DNA of 64,000 bases from Eledone cirrhosa (taxonomy: Eukaryota). The notes beneath the pieces were generated by a model. That model was not told the origin of the DNA. It saw only the letters and a list, made by a program, of their open reading frames with translations, and ran no database searches. The stretch covers positions 345,030,001-345,094,000 of the forward strand of contig OZ024743.1 of assembly GCA_964016885.1 (NCBI GenBank), read 5' to 3'. This document shows, in pieces, positions 38,957 to 53,240 of this stretch (positions are counted from its first letter, which is position 1; every line of letters starts with the position of its first letter). Both the position numbers and the translations under genes were made by a program.

Positions 38957-38959
38957 ATT

Positions 38960-39900
38960 AAATTCAATACTACAACGAAGACATAACACGGAGAAAAGCT
39001 AGGACACGAGTGTCGTTGAGTGAATGTATTCAGCTAGTACTGTTTCCTCGAAAAAGTGTATTTCGGGTAGGAGAAAATATAGGAGAGTTCCGTGTTTTAG
39101 GAGTAAGTCATTTTTGCAGAGAAGTTATTTACCGAATAGAGGTGGAATGATAACACAAAAAAGCGGGTGAACTATGTGGTAGATATTAAGTGACAAAAGA
39201 TTAATAATTAGAAAATAAGAAAGATGAAAGTTCTAGTAGGTCGACCTTTCAAAATATACTTACAATCACGTGGACATCGATTAAAAACTTGAATGTCTAG
39301 AGATCTCTTGTTAGTGGAAAAGATTTGTGCTGGTGCTTTCGATCCGTTTATATAGGGTCTAGATGTTTCAAGTGTTTTCCATTTTATGGAGAAGGTTTTA
39401 CCCATGTCCTTGAGTTTCCATACTTAGCTTGCCAGCTTCGTAGTATTCCTCTTGTCCAAGTGTCTAAAAGTTAGTTCATGATTAAGAAAATAATTTTTAA
39501 ATCAACTTTCCCACATGCCTACATATATCCAGGTTTCTTCCTGATGATGCTGATTTAATGCAGAGACTTCTGCCTCGTGTATTGGGCTGGAGGTGTTACA
39601 TTGTTGACCAAGCGGGCATGCATCTGGGATTTACATGAGTAATTGTAACGTTGCTGGCTCAGGTGTTTATTTAAGACTCAGAATTTCATGTTTCTGGTAA
39701 AGGAATATTCTATTTTAACGTAAAACCACGTAAAACCCGGAACTGTCGTATATTTTTTGATACCGGAGGTTCGTATTGATGAAACACTGCTAGTTAAATA
39801 AGTCAAGTTCGCACAACGAAACACGTGTCCTAGCTTTTTCCCGTGATTTGTTCCATGGACTGGGTGCTCTAAACCTTGGATACCTTTACCAAATTTATTA
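38960..39900 (-). mobile_element. Decayed PLE 3' fragment (GIY-YIG region of a different lineage, Naiad/Chlamys-like) with an inverted terminal piece
   Basis: Broken translation CPLGQQC...YVGM...NHELTFRHLDKRNTTKLAS.VWKLKDMGKTFSIKWKTLE...PYINGSK; inverted repeat ~38985-39030/39805-39845 with an HHR remnant GAAACACGTGTC. Confidence 0.6.
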
Positions 39901-39949
39901 CTATATATATATATATCGGAAGCAACAACAAAGTTCCTGATTTCCTGAA

Positions 39950-40990
39950 ATCGGAAAAGGCCATCACAAAAGAGATATATCGAATATCCACAAAGAAAAT
40001 ATAGATGGCAAATGCTGCCTACATGTAGAATCTTCTGAAACAGTAAATCTCATATCAGGTTACCCTGTACGAACTCTGAGAAAACATACTTAGAGACATA
40101 CTAAGCTAGCTTCGATAAAACACTCTTAGAAACTCACCAACTTAACTAATCTACTATCTGTAAACCTACAACAGAAAGTTGCCAATGCTTCAAAGAGAGA
40201 GCTCCAATTATAAGGAGATACATTCAACATGGCACTAATATATGGCAAGCAATCCTGTAGATTGAAAAAGAGAAAATTATTAAACGAATCCCAGTGCTAT
40301 TTCAAGGTAATACATTCATTCCACTCCTTTCTCATATGCCGTTAATTTCTTTTATTATCCTGTTACATGAGTATGGACTCGAACAAATAATATGTGAAGA
40401 CAATGAAGCTTATATTGTTTATGCAGTTGTATATAATTTGCAAGCTGGAAATTTTAAACAACTGGAAACATTCTTACAGACAATGGATACACAAGAGAAA
40501 TTATTTATAAATTCGGTTTATAAAAATGTGCCAAGAGACTCATGAAGGGAGGGGAATTAATAATACAACTAATATCCTGGTAGACAAAGAAAGAGAGGCA
40601 ATAAAATCAGATAAAACACTGAGTTATTATACTTAGGAATTAATGAGATAGAAAGGGTACAGCACAAACGATGGAAAGAATAGTTTAGGGATTCATATTA
40701 TAGATGAATTAGAATAAAACTTAGAACAGAACTAATGTCAAAAATAAACTAATAGTTATAAATACTTTGGCTCTTCCTGCAATAAGTTGTAATATTCTTA
40801 AATGGTGAGGAAGTGAATTATAAAGAAGCATTAAGAATACACCACAAACTGATAGGAAAATATTTTATTTATCCCAAATACAGGTAGATAGAGGGTCGGT
40901 GTTCTGCGATAAGAATGTTGTAAAATATCTATTGTAGATCTTCAAACATATCTGGTAAAATATATCGAGGACAACATTCTTCAACGTGTG
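39950..40990 (+). mobile_element. Old R4/Dong-like LINE RT fragment
   Basis: Degenerate motifs LFQGNTFIPLL, YLGINE...QHK and LRTEL..KNKLIVINTLALPAIS. Confidence 0.55.
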
Positions 40991-41456
40991 ATTTAGCTCT
41001 TATTTCTAACAGCGCGTCCACATACGATTTCCTTTATCGGTAGTGTTGGCGGTAATTAGTAGAGCAAATAATTGTGGTAGTGGTCTTTTTCGTAACGGTC
41101 ATGGTGTCGGTTGATATGAAGATGATGATGATGATGATGATGGTGATGATGGTGCTAGTGAAGTTTATGATGGCGGTAATTGACGTTAGTGTTTAGGCTT
41201 ATAGTGGTGTTAATTGTTGGTGGTGATAATAGTGACAGTTGTGATTGTGATGTTGATGGTGGTGACGGTAGTGCTGGTGCAGGTCGGTTGTAATAATGAT
41301 GGTGGTGGACAATGACTTCATTACACCGTGGAGATTTATAAGTTTTACGCTTAAGTACACTAATGTGTTAACAGATCGCCTGACCAACGCCCGTCGTTAA
41401 ACAGGCCGTAAACAGGATCGTAGACTTTGCCACTTATACTTCCCAACCCGCATTTC

Positions 41457-41555
<99 letters not shown>

Positions 41556-42107
41556 GTTTTCCTTCTCTCTCACCGTGCTCTGATCTTTCTCTATGTAAGT
41601 TAGTGGGAGTGGTTTGTTAAATTGCTGACAACTCCTTTTCACACCGAGGTTTAAATTGTTCAAGATGACTACCACAACCATCATGACGACAACCACCATC
41701 CCCACCACCAACAACATCACCAACGCCATCACGGCCACAAACAACAACACCACGACACAACCCGCACCATTTCACTCGTCAAAAAAGACACCAGTTATTC
41801 CACCAACGCCATCATAATCTTCTCAACCGCCGTTACCCCTAACACTACCATAACCACTACTCCCACAGCACCAGCAATGATAAGATCATCACCACCTACA
41901 CTAAAACACCGAGGACGAAACAACGAAAGAGACTCTACAAAGTCGTGCAACTGCTAAAAATAGCAACCAAATATTCTTAAAATTACATCCTACTGTTTTT
42001 AAGGGAAGGAAACATTGCACAGTGTACGGCCAGACATAGAAAACACCTGGATGGATATGGTTGGTTTGCATAGATTCATAGATCTGCTCAATTATAACCT
42101 GTATGGT

Positions 42108-42399
42108 CAGAGCCAGTGCCAGACTATCTGGCACCTTAGGCAAGGTTGGATTCTGGCGCCACCCATCCTCCAAGGAAAATATCAATTTCAAAATTTATAA
42201 ACAATAAATTTTGAAAAAGAGTTTTTCAACATTTATTTGTACCTGTATGAAATAAACCAGGATAAATACGACAGTCGATAAAACTGAATATATTTATTTA
42301 ATTAATTTTCAAAACTGTTGTTGTTTTGGAGAAATGCGTCCCCTGAAATGAATACCCTAGGAGGCTGCCTAGTTAGCCTATATGTTAGCACCGGTCCTA
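42108..42399. mobile_element. Possible hAT-like MITE
   Basis: Imperfect TIRs CAGAGCCAGTGCCA/TAGCACCGGTCCT; a possible degenerate 8-bp TSD (TGTATGGT/TATATGGT). Confidence 0.35.
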
Positions 42400-42516
42400 T
42401 ATGGTGCTAAACTATAATAACAATAACAGTCATCACCAATTTCTACATCGTATTTACTAAAACTATAACACTCATAAAAAATAACACAGTAATTTTACCT
42501 TCATTATTACCACCAA

Positions 42517-42705
42517 AGGTGGATTGGCAGTATCGGTAGCGGGTCGGACGCCATGCTTTGACGCATAGAATTACGGCCCTTTCCATTCTGAGTTCAAATC
42601 CCGCCAAGGTTAACTTTGCCTTTCATCCTTACGGGGTCGATAAAATAAAGTACCAGTAATACACTGGTTAATTGCTGGCCTTGTGCCAAAAGTAGAAACA
42701 ATTAT
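42517..42705 (+). mobile_element. tRNA-derived SINE, near full length; another copy at ~43437-43642 (+)
   Basis: A-box-like TGGCAGTATCGG, B-box GAGTTCAAATCCC, shared core and tail. Confidence 0.85.
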
Positions 42706-44149
42706 TACCACCAAGATACAATATGGGCTTCACAAGATATACGCAACGTGTCGATGTCACCTAGTTGTTCAACAAAATACCATCTGCCTTTACGCCATCA
42801 TTCATCCAAATAAATATAGCAGCCAAATTTTTTATTAACTGCTGTTTTACCGTCTTAAAAACGAAGGTTATATTGTATAATGTAGTGTTTGCCATATAAT
42901 CCGAATGGGAAAAGTGTAAAGATGTTTGAACATAGATCAGGCGTTAGTGCTGACCTAGACTAAACAACAGTAATAACATCAAATAAACTAGATTGTTATA
43001 TAGTTGAATGTGGGGTTGATTTTGTTTTAAATAGCAACAATAACATCATAATTATCTTCAACACACAGTATCACCCTTATAGGAACCAGAATAAACAGTC
43101 ACTAATATTACCACCTCCACTACCAACACGATAGCAGCACCATCGGCATCACCATTATCACATTGATAACGTTAGCTACAGGAACTAACAAAAGTTCATC
43201 TTCTATATGAAACTCTATGCTCTCACTTTCTAAGTACTGTACTTCATTTGTTCTTATATCTGTCAATGTATTCCCATTTTGTCTCTAGCTTTTGCTACTA
43301 TATCCCTAATTTTTTCTTTTATTCTTCCATTTCCTTTCTTACCAATTTTCATCCATTTCTACTCTTTTTCTGCCCCCAGCAATCCCGCCCCATATCAATG
43401 CAGCATATCCAAGACTTTTGTTTCATTATTAATTCATATCGGTAGAGCGTGGGACACCCTGCTTTACAGCAGAGAGTTACGGCCCCTTACGTTCTGAGTT
43501 CAAATCACGCCGAGGTTAGCTTTGCCTTTCATCCTTAAGGGGTCGATAAAATGAAAGGCCAGTAATGCACTGGGTCCAATTGAATCGACTTTCCCATTCC
43601 CCCAAAATTGTTGGCCTTGTGCCTAAATCAGAAACCATTATTAATTCATCACTCCTTAGCATCTACTCTTTCTCTCAGATGAAACTATCTACAACCTTCT
43701 TCTCTCTCTTAACTTCGTCTCTGGTCTAGCACTGCCATGTATATATATCTCTCCCTCCTGTTTTCACATAATCCTAGAAAAACCTTGGTTGAACTCTGAT
43801 CAATATTATGTGGTTATTACATAATGGAATCGTTCTCACTCCCTCTAATTTACCTATTTACCTACCCATCTACATTTCACTTTCTCAATTTCTCTCCCTC
43901 TCTCTCTCTATATATAAATATATATATAAATACGTATATTTCTTTCTCTATTTCCATATAAAGCTTGAAACCAATAACACTTTTTGTACCTCTGTTTGTC
44001 ATTTTCTTGAACCATATATATATATATATATATATTTCTGCATACACATACATATATATTTTCATATATCCATACATACATGAATATGTGTGCTTGTGTG
44101 TTTACGTGCGTTTTTATGTATCTAAGTGAATGTTTGTGTATACATAGAA

Positions 44150-47100
44150 ATACATAACTCCCTAGAGTCTTTTCTGGGAACGTCTCGCTCCTTGCTTTTA
44201 GCGGGGGACTGGAATGGTATCCTAGACGAACGATGGGATTATGTAGGATCATGTCCCAATAGAGAGGGGTGAAACAGCCTCAACAATTTAATCACCCAAT
44301 TCCAACTAACCGATAGATATCGACTAGATTTCCCGACTGCACTACAGTGGACGTGGACAAACCGCAGCGGGACATCTAGATCGTATTTAGACAGGTTCTT
44401 TATTAGAGAGAGAGACAAGAAGATGTTAAGCTGTCCACAAATGCACAAGGTTGCCTATTCAGACCACAAACTAGTAATCTGCATAGTCAACCGTGATACA
44501 TAGACAAAGACCCGGATACTGGAAGCTGAGCGTGTCGCTATCGACACGTAAAGCCTACAGTCAACGGATAAGTAGATTAGTTAAGCAACAGTTGACGGGA
44601 GCCATCGTCAACAATAGACGGTGGTAATCTCTCAAGAGAGCAATTAGAGTAGAGTCGATAGACTTTAGCAGAGAATTAGCCTTAAAGAAACAGAAACAGA
44701 ACTAATAGCCAAGGTAGAGGAGGCGCTTAGGAGTGGCAACGCAGCTAGAAGCAACGAGAACGGCACTGGACCAGTTCTTCGACGCGAAACACGAAGTTTG
44801 CGTGGTCAGAAGTAAATCATGTGCTCTGGGAAACGAGGGAGCAAAAGCGGTTAGCTGGGCCCGAGTGGCAGAGGCGAAAAGTGGCAACAAGTCCACGATT
44901 CGGTCTTTGAAAGACCAAAACGGACGCGTGCTACTTGAACCCAAGTGGATGTGCGCGGCATTTCAGCGGCACTTTGCGCAATTGTTCGAACAGAGTGGCG
45001 GTGCGTCGAACGGGGCAATGGACTTCGGTTCATACCTCGACGGCCTGCCGCGTATCTCGCGAATGGATGCCGAGTTCTGCGAAAGACCGATAACAGCTAC
45101 TGAGATATGGGACGCTCTGGGTCGCTGCGGCAAACGCAAATCACCCGGTCTAGATGGTCTACCCAATGAGTTTTACATAGGCATGCTGGACTTGTTCTCT
45201 GGCGTCCCCGAAGCCGTCTACTGCAACTGGCAGCAGAACGGGAGAATTCCTAGTTCTGCAGGCAGGGGCGTAGTAACGCTGATCAGAAAAGACGAGAACA
45301 AGGAGGACGAACTAAACAACTTTATGCCCATAAGTCTGCTCAACACAGAGTTAAAGATTTTGGGCAAGGTGTTGGCAACGAGGTTGGCGCTTGTCGTCGA
45401 GAACCTGGTAGGGATAGCGCAGACGTGTGCAATCATGACCAGGTCCATACACGACAACCTCCACCTCATGCGATACATCATAGAGAGGGTGGGGTTTAAA
45501 CCCGGCTTCAGTGGGGCTCTGATCAATTTAGATCAGTCTAAGGCGTTCGATAGGGTCGACCATCAATACTTGGAAGTGGTTCTCAAGGCGGTCGGTTCGA
45601 ACCCGTTCAGGGCTGGATCGTCGCAATGCACACCAACATCTGCTCGATGGTCGGAGCCGTTCGCAATCATACGTTCCATCCGACATGGATGCTCTCTCTC
45701 CTCCATTCTGTACGTACTGACTCTAGAGCCACTACGGCGGAAGTTGGAGCTGCTGTTGGCATCCCGTTGGAACCGGGACTGCGGTAAGCGGCGTCGGGTT
45801 ATGCCGACGTAACAGTAATTGTGTCGGAAACCTCGGAATTCGGGGCGATCGGCAACTTACTGCAAGAATACGAAAGGCTCACAGGTAAAACTGAACCCGG
45901 ACAAGTCAGTCGGTTTGCAACTCGGAACGTAGAGAGGCAAACCGATGCCGTCCGACAACGTCGTCGGACGCTGGACGGACATATCGGTGAAATTGCTCGG
46001 GGTCTGGGTCGGTCCGGACTTCCAGGTGGAGAAAAACTGGAACGAGTTCACGGCCAAGGTATTTTCGCTCACCCAGAAGTGGGCAGAGTGCAAACTATCC
46101 TTGAAAGGTCGAGCGGAGGTGGCGAACACTTTCATAGCGTCCGTCATCTACTATCGCTTGACCGTCGTGCCTTGTCCCAGTGAATACCTCACGAAGATGG
46201 AACGCATGCTCTTCCATTTCCTTTGGAAGAAGCAGGCTCCACTGGTGAGGAGATCGGTCTGCTGTCAGCACCCTTCCAACGGAGAGCTGGGAATGCCGTG
46301 GCTTATGATGCGGCATCTACAGGTATTCCTCACCGACCAACCGGTGTGGGCACCGTTTGTGAGACAGGCCTTCCCGAAACTTGTCTCACTGAGGGAACTG
46401 CAGTCCTGGGTCAAACAGAGACCGAAGGAGATGGGAGCCTGGCACATTGAATGTGCTCAGGCGCTCACAGTCCTCTGTCAAGCGGGCACATCAATCAGTG
46501 GAGAGACTCTGGGCGTCGAAGACAACGAGCTCACCAGTCTGTTCGGTAGAACTTTCCGCCCGGGACCTATGGACAACTTCCAAAGATCCCTGGCCTGGAA
46601 GTGCTACCGAGGAGTTCTACCAGTTCGAGACAAGATATACAGCCACAGACGCCCCGGCAGTGATCCTTCCCAGAGGACGTGTCCAAGATGCGAGCAGGAC
46701 ATTGAAACTGTCTTGCACGCAATTGTACACTGCCCGGGCGTAAGCGACCTGTGGAACTACGCAGAACAACTGCTGTCGCGTATGGGACAAATCCAGTTGA
46801 CTGCCGAGTCCATAGTAAGGATCAAACCGCCAGCCTCTTTCAAAAAACGAAAGAGAGGCGGTTTTCCTCTGTATAGTGGCTATGGTGAAAGAGGTTATAT
46901 GGTGGACGAGATTGAGAGGACTGAGAATAGATGCCTTTAACTCCGGACAGAAACTCATTCCCTTCTTTAGCTACCACTTTAGAAGGAGAATCAGAGTGGA
47001 GAGAGAGGCACTGCACCCCAGTAAATTTACTGAAAGGTGGGTGAATGTGGCAAAAATGGACCGAGTGATTGGGCCTTCTCTGTATATAAACCTGTAGGTT

Positions 47101-47346
47101 GAAGAAGAAATCAAAAGGAAGAAGGGAGCATTTGCTCCCTTCTTCCTTTTGATCTCTTCTTCAAGTTGAGGGTTGTTCTATCGACGGGGTATTAAACAGC
47201 CCATTTATGGCGCCTCCCCCCTATTCGGGATTTCGATTGTTGAATTTGTTTGTTTCAATATTTTTACACGATTGTATGTAAAATCCCCGGCATGTGTCTT
47301 TGTTTTGTCCCCTTTTCTTGTGCGCCCTTGTGGCAAATAAAGAAAT
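44150..47346 (+). mobile_element. Tx1-like LINE ORF2 (APE C-terminus, RT, CCHC) plus 3' UTR, disrupted
   Basis: WTWTNRSGTSRSYLDR...YSDH and PGYWKL (APE end); paralogous to 26885-29389 with several frameshifts. Confidence 0.9.
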
Positions 47347-47361
47347 TTATCTATCCATTTA

Positions 47362-47433
<72 letters not shown>

Positions 47434-47561
47434 TAGAAAGATAGATAGATAAATAGATAGATAGATATACATATATATAAATATACATGTCTCTCTATCT
47501 CTCTCTCTCTATATATATATATATCTATATATATAAATATATATATATATAAATATGTGTG

Positions 47562-47610
<49 letters not shown>

Positions 47611-49359
47611 ATTGATCATAACCCTTCAGTTCCCCATCCTTGTCACAACAACACTTACACTACCACTATTGCTTCCTCTTTTTCTAGCCATTGTTTCTTT
47701 CACATTAACCAACGTTTCTTCCTCTACGCCTTCTTACTGTTCCTACTCCTCGTCAAACCACCTCCGATATTGTACTGGGAATAATGTGGTTGAATAGACA
47801 AATATATTGATGAATGACCAATATCGGGTGCATTGTGTGCGACACCTCCCTTAACGTATTGCAAGTAAGGTTTTGTGTGCCTGTCTATCTTTGCGCGTGT
47901 TTGTTGGTGTAACTAGCATGGCGTAGATAGTACTGAGGGGTGTCATAAATGAGAGGGTGTGTGTTGAATTATAATTCATGTTAATGACACACTGATCAGA
48001 GGGAGTAAGGAAAACTACATACGTCATGAGATTTCGTGGTAGATGAAGCGAATGATATAGTCTAAATATCAATAAAAAGATTAAGTATGATAATGATGAT
48101 GATGATGATGATGATAATAATGAGTTATTTAATAGCCACAAGGGCTTGCACATAAAGATATAATAATCATTATAAACGTACGATTTATATCAGATGAGAA
48201 GCAGTCAATGTTATCTAAAATGGGGGTAGGTTGAGCGGTGTCATACAATAGTCAGATTAACTTGATAAAACATGAGATGAGGATAAAACTATTAGAAAAC
48301 TAATAATTAACACAAAATAGGATTTAAAACGTAAAAAAACCAAAACATTCAGGATCCCCAATCTCCACCCAAGTATAAACGCACTAGTAAATTTGAGTCA
48401 GAACACCCCACACCACTTTTTATACACCATGAATTATATAATTCCCGGTGATAGCCGAAATCTTCTGTAACCATTTTTTCAGTGAGTTTATCAACATAAG
48501 CACTAATATCTGGACGGATTTATTTCATATTTTCGTATATTTCTTTGTCAATAGAAGTAAAACTCTATCATTCCAGTTCTCTCAGCAGCAATCCTTTAGT
48601 TTCAATTCCATCCATATTGTATCGTTTTTCTATCCCCAAACTTCATACGCTTTGTTAAGCAACCCAGTGTTTCAATTCTAAAGCGACTGTTTATCCAGGA
48701 TTCACATTGTTCGGCGTCTATTTTTTTTTTCGAAGAATTCTGACAGAGCTGTTTTTTGCTTCATTTCTTTTAATTCTGTTTTCTATAATAGAGGGGATAG
48801 TTCTTACAGGAGAAGGATTTTTAGCATATATTACATCTCAAAATTAGGAGCAACTACCTCGTCATTGTCCTCTTTAGAATCCCTAGAATAAGTACATTTT
48901 CCTATCATCCTCGAAAATAGAAATCATGGTAAAACTGGTGATGTTATAGGAACAGGTGCTAGGGGAACATGTTCGTTAGTTGGGTTTGTTTTCTGTCGCT
49001 CAAGACAAAAAAGCCCTCAGGTGGTTTTTGTTATTAGAAGTGTAAAAACGGCTCCCTGCCCTGCACCGTCAGTCGTGTTTTTTTTTATATATATATACGA
49101 TGCTTATAGCGAAATAGAGTTCGATAAATAACTTGTGGTGCTGGGAGTGGATCATGAATAATTGCAAGTCCATACTGTCGCTACCAGAGCATCACTTTAG
49201 CACTTATTAGGTGCCCATACTGTTTAACAAAGGCAAATATGATACAGGAATCAATGGCAATGGCCATATATGTTGTGCCTCCCTATGTTCTATAGTACTA
49301 TTTAGTGAACGAGGATTTTGCGTATTATTTCTACTCGTCTCTTCGAAGCGTCTGTCAAT

Positions 49360-49797
49360 AATTGTTTCTACTTTAGGCACATGGCCAGAAATTTGAAGGG
49401 GCGGGGGGTCGATTAAATCGACACCAGTGTATTACTGGTGTTTTATTGTATTGACCCCGGAAGGATGTAAGACAAAGCTAACCTCGTCGGGATTTGAACT
49501 CAGAACGTAAAGGGCCATATCTCTATGCCGCAAAGCATGGTGTCTGACGCTCTACCGATACTGCCAATCCACCGTTCTCAGTGTCTGTCAATAATGATTT
49601 CTTATATAGGCACAAGGCCAGCAATTTGAAGGGTAGTGGGAAAGTCGATTAAATCGACACCAGTGCGTTACTGGTACTTTATTGTATCGACAAAGCTAAC
49701 CTCGGCGGAATTTAAACGCAGAACGTAAAGGGCCATAACTCTATGCTGCAAAGCACGGTGTCTGACGCTCTACCGATATTGCCAATCCACCGCCCTC
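49360..49797 (-). mobile_element. Two tandem SINE copies
   Basis: Reverse complement of the SINE consensus at ~49360-49575 and ~49595-49797. Confidence 0.85.
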
Positions 49798-50366
49798 AGT
49801 GTCTGTCCATAATAATAATTATTATTATTGATTCTTTATTAGCCACAAAGGGCTTACATTAATAAAAGTCGGCATAGGACGGCATAGTGTGGGTTTTTTA
49901 AGACTCGCAACTTAGTGTGGAAGCGTAAGTCGGTAATACAGACCCCAGTATTTGGATGGTATTTATTGACTCCGACCTTTGTGGATATGAAATTAAAACG
50001 TAAAGGTTTGTTATCACATATTGTAAGGCATGATAACAACATCATCAACAATAGTTGCATCAACAAAAATATGAGTTCTCAAGGAAGCGTCTATATAGTC
50101 ATCCAAATTGCTAGAAGCAACAGCGAAATTTTCCATAAAATTGGAAGGAAGCATTAGATAATATATTCCTTAATAAGCTATGTCAGAAAAAAAAGAAAGA
50201 ACGCAAAAAGAAGAGATGGTCAGAAGTTAAATGTCTTTGATCATAGGTTTGCTAGATGAAGCCTTACCTGGGGCTAAACAACAACAGCAACATGGACAGA
50301 GACGAAAGCACATTTCACAACCGTAACAACCTCAGAAATATCTCTAACATTAATAGTTATAGGAGA

Positions 50367-50480
50367 TCTGAGTTCAAATCCCGCCGAAGTTGACTTTGCC
50401 TTTCATCCTTACGGGGTCGATAAAATAAAGTACCAGTAATACACTGGTTAATTGCTGGCCGTGTGCCTAAAGTAGAAACA
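50367..50480 (+). mobile_element. 5'-truncated SINE with an 18-bp TSD
   Basis: ATTAATAGTTATAGGAGA at 50349-50366 and 50481-50498. Confidence 0.85.
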
Positions 50481-50555
50481 ATTAATAGTTATAGGAGAGA
50501 AAGATGTTAATATTAATAACAGCAATAGCAAGAAAACAAAAGTATTTATAAGAAT

Positions 50556-50556
50556 A

Positions 50557-50621
<65 letters not shown>

Positions 50622-50664
50622 AACAACTACTTCTTCTACTACTAATACTACTACTACTACAACA

Positions 50665-50705
<41 letters not shown>

Positions 50706-50725
50706 AACAACAACAACTACTTCTT

Positions 50726-50815
<90 letters not shown>
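50556..50815. repeat. (ACT)n/(GCT)n microsatellite
   Basis: Direct inspection. Confidence 0.9.
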
Positions 50816-50816
<1 letters not shown>

Positions 50817-50931
50817 GGGTACTGCACCACTGCCACTAATATTAATATTAATTTACTACTACTTATGCTGATGATGTTCAGGATGATGATCATGGTGATG
50901 ATGATGATGACAATATGATGATAACAATGAT

Positions 50932-51140
50932 CTCTACATTAGGAACAAGGCCAGTAATCTGGGGAGGGGGGGAAGGAGGAAGGGAATGTCGATTAGATTG
51001 ACCCCCCCAATACTTTACTGGTACTTCATTTTATCGACCCCGTAAGTGTGAAAGGCAAAACTAACCTCAGCGGGATTTGAACTCAGAACGTAAAGGCCGT
51101 AACTCTATGCCGCAAATCATTGTGTCCGACGCTCTACCGA
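50932..51140 (-). mobile_element. SINE copy
   Basis: Matches the SINE consensus. Confidence 0.85.
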
Positions 51141-51216
51141 ATAATAATAATAATAATAATAATGTTTTCTTTATTAACCACAAGGGTTTACATAAAGTAG
51201 ACATTAAGGACAGTAC

Positions 51217-51293
<77 letters not shown>

Positions 51294-51827
51294 CATGAAA
51301 AATCTGCAATAAAAAACAATAAAAATGGTAAAAGACAAACAAAAAACATAATGAACAAAACAATGACAATAACATTAGAAACAACAACAACAACAACAAC
51401 AAAAGCAAATCAGCAACAACAGCAGCAACAACAACATTAACAATAACAATAACAACCACAGCAGCAGCAGCTGCAACTTCAGTAATAGCAGCAGCAGCAG
51501 CAAATGCTGTTCCAGTAATTAAATGATCACCAGTAGCAAAGTGAACCGGAACAAAAGCATGAACAGGAAACGTTTAACCTCCATTATTGAGGTTAGGCGA
51601 AGCAGTGAAAGGCAAATCAAATATGGAGTCTGAGATAGGGACCGAAACAGACCTTAGGGGCTTACAGACTCTTCTTTCCACATGACATACCACAGGGGAA
51701 AACAAGTGACTGACAGACAGACATAAAGAACCCGTAGAGTCATTGATGCGCGTGGAATGACATGATAGAGGTTATGTATATATAAAGGGAGAGGGAGAGA
51801 GAGAGGGTGTGTGTGTGTGTGTGAGAG

Positions 51828-51868
<41 letters not shown>

Positions 51869-52537
51869 GAGAGAGAGGGAGAGTAGTGTGTGTGTGTATT
51901 TGAGTGAGAGAGAGAGAGATAGAGCGAGAAAGAGGGAGAGAGAGTGTGTGTGTGTGAGAGAGAGGGAGAGGGAGAGAGAGGAGGAGAGGGGTAGGGAGTG
52001 TGTACGTCTGTGCTGTGTGTTTAAGTGTCAGGATAGAAAGAAGAAGGAGTGGGGAAATTTGAAGGGATAATTCCCATCTGCAAGCTTTCATGTTTGAAGC
52101 TTGTCGCTGAGATGAAGCTGGTAACGTTTCACTTTACTAATGTTCTGCAGTGGAGAAAAATATGACTGATGACAGTGATGTTGTGGGAGAGGATAGGAGG
52201 AGGTGGTGGAGACAAAGGAGGAGTTGCTGTCTCTGCTTTTGTTTGTAATGCTGGTTGATGCTGCTACTGCTGGTTGTGGTGGTGGTGGTGGTGGTGGTGG
52301 GTGGGTGGGGTGGGGGGATGAGGTGACTAGAAGAAAGGTACCAGTAATTATTGTTACTTTACAGTCACATCGGATTCAACAGTGTCGTAACTCAGGTGAC
52401 TGTGACAGTTAAGGAGACAGCAATGGTAATATCAGCAAGGTCCTCCCCCCTCCCCACCTCCTCCTCCTCCTCATCATCATCATCATAAAAAAAACAACAA
52501 CATCATCAGTAATAATAATAATTTTAATAATAATAAT

Positions 52538-52895
52538 AATTGTTTCTACTTTTGGCACAAGGCCAGCAATTATATCAGTGCATTACTGGTACTTTATTTT
52601 ATCGACTCCATAAGGATGAAAGGCAAAGTTAACCTCGGTGGGATTTGAACTCAGACCATAAAGGTGCGTAACTCTATGCTGCAAAGCATGGCGTCTGACC
52701 CTCTACCGATACTGCCAATCCATAGTGGTTTCTGATTTAGGCACAAGGCCAGCAAGTTCTTTCTTTTTGTGTGTGTGTTTGTGTGTGTGTGTGTGGGGGG
52801 GGGGCAATTAATCGACTCCAGTGCGTTACAGGTACTTTATTTTATCGTTCTCGTAAGGATGAAAGGCAAAGCTTGGCAGAATTTGAACTCAGACA
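52538..52895 (-). mobile_element. Two tandem SINE copies
   Basis: ~52538-52722 and ~52725-52895. Confidence 0.8.
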
Positions 52896-53059
52896 TAAAC
52901 ATTTCTCAATTCGGAAATGTAGCGGCTATATTTGGAGTGACTCTCTGATCTCCTAGCTACCAACTATATCGAGTAACGTTACTCTGAAAACCCTTTAGAG
53001 GAACCACATAGCGGTCGCTTGTATTCATGATGTTTTGGTTTTTTCTTTTTCCGTCATTA

Positions 53060-53240
53060 CTCAAGATTCATGACTATAAGTAAGGGTTGTCACGAATGGC
53101 GAATTGAAGATAACGAGTTTGGCTTTTACACCTATCTCCGTTCTTTGGATTATCGAATACTGAAGCTGGCGCATTACTGCAGCTGCTCCAGCAATTCTTG
53201 CTCTTAATTCATCCTCCTGCCTTTCATCACTGTTGATGGA
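53060..53240 (-). mobile_element. RTE-like LINE fragment
   Basis: SDERQEDELRARIAGAAAVMRQL...KAKLVIFNSPFVTTLTYSHES, a post-RT pattern of RTE elements. Confidence 0.55.

Noticed and set aside
42517-42610. tRNA gene
   Set aside because: Only A/B-box-like motifs with no cloverleaf, followed by the SINE body in many copies.
48330-49080. Possible decayed LINE ORF1 on minus
   Set aside because: Multiple stops and no diagnostic motif.
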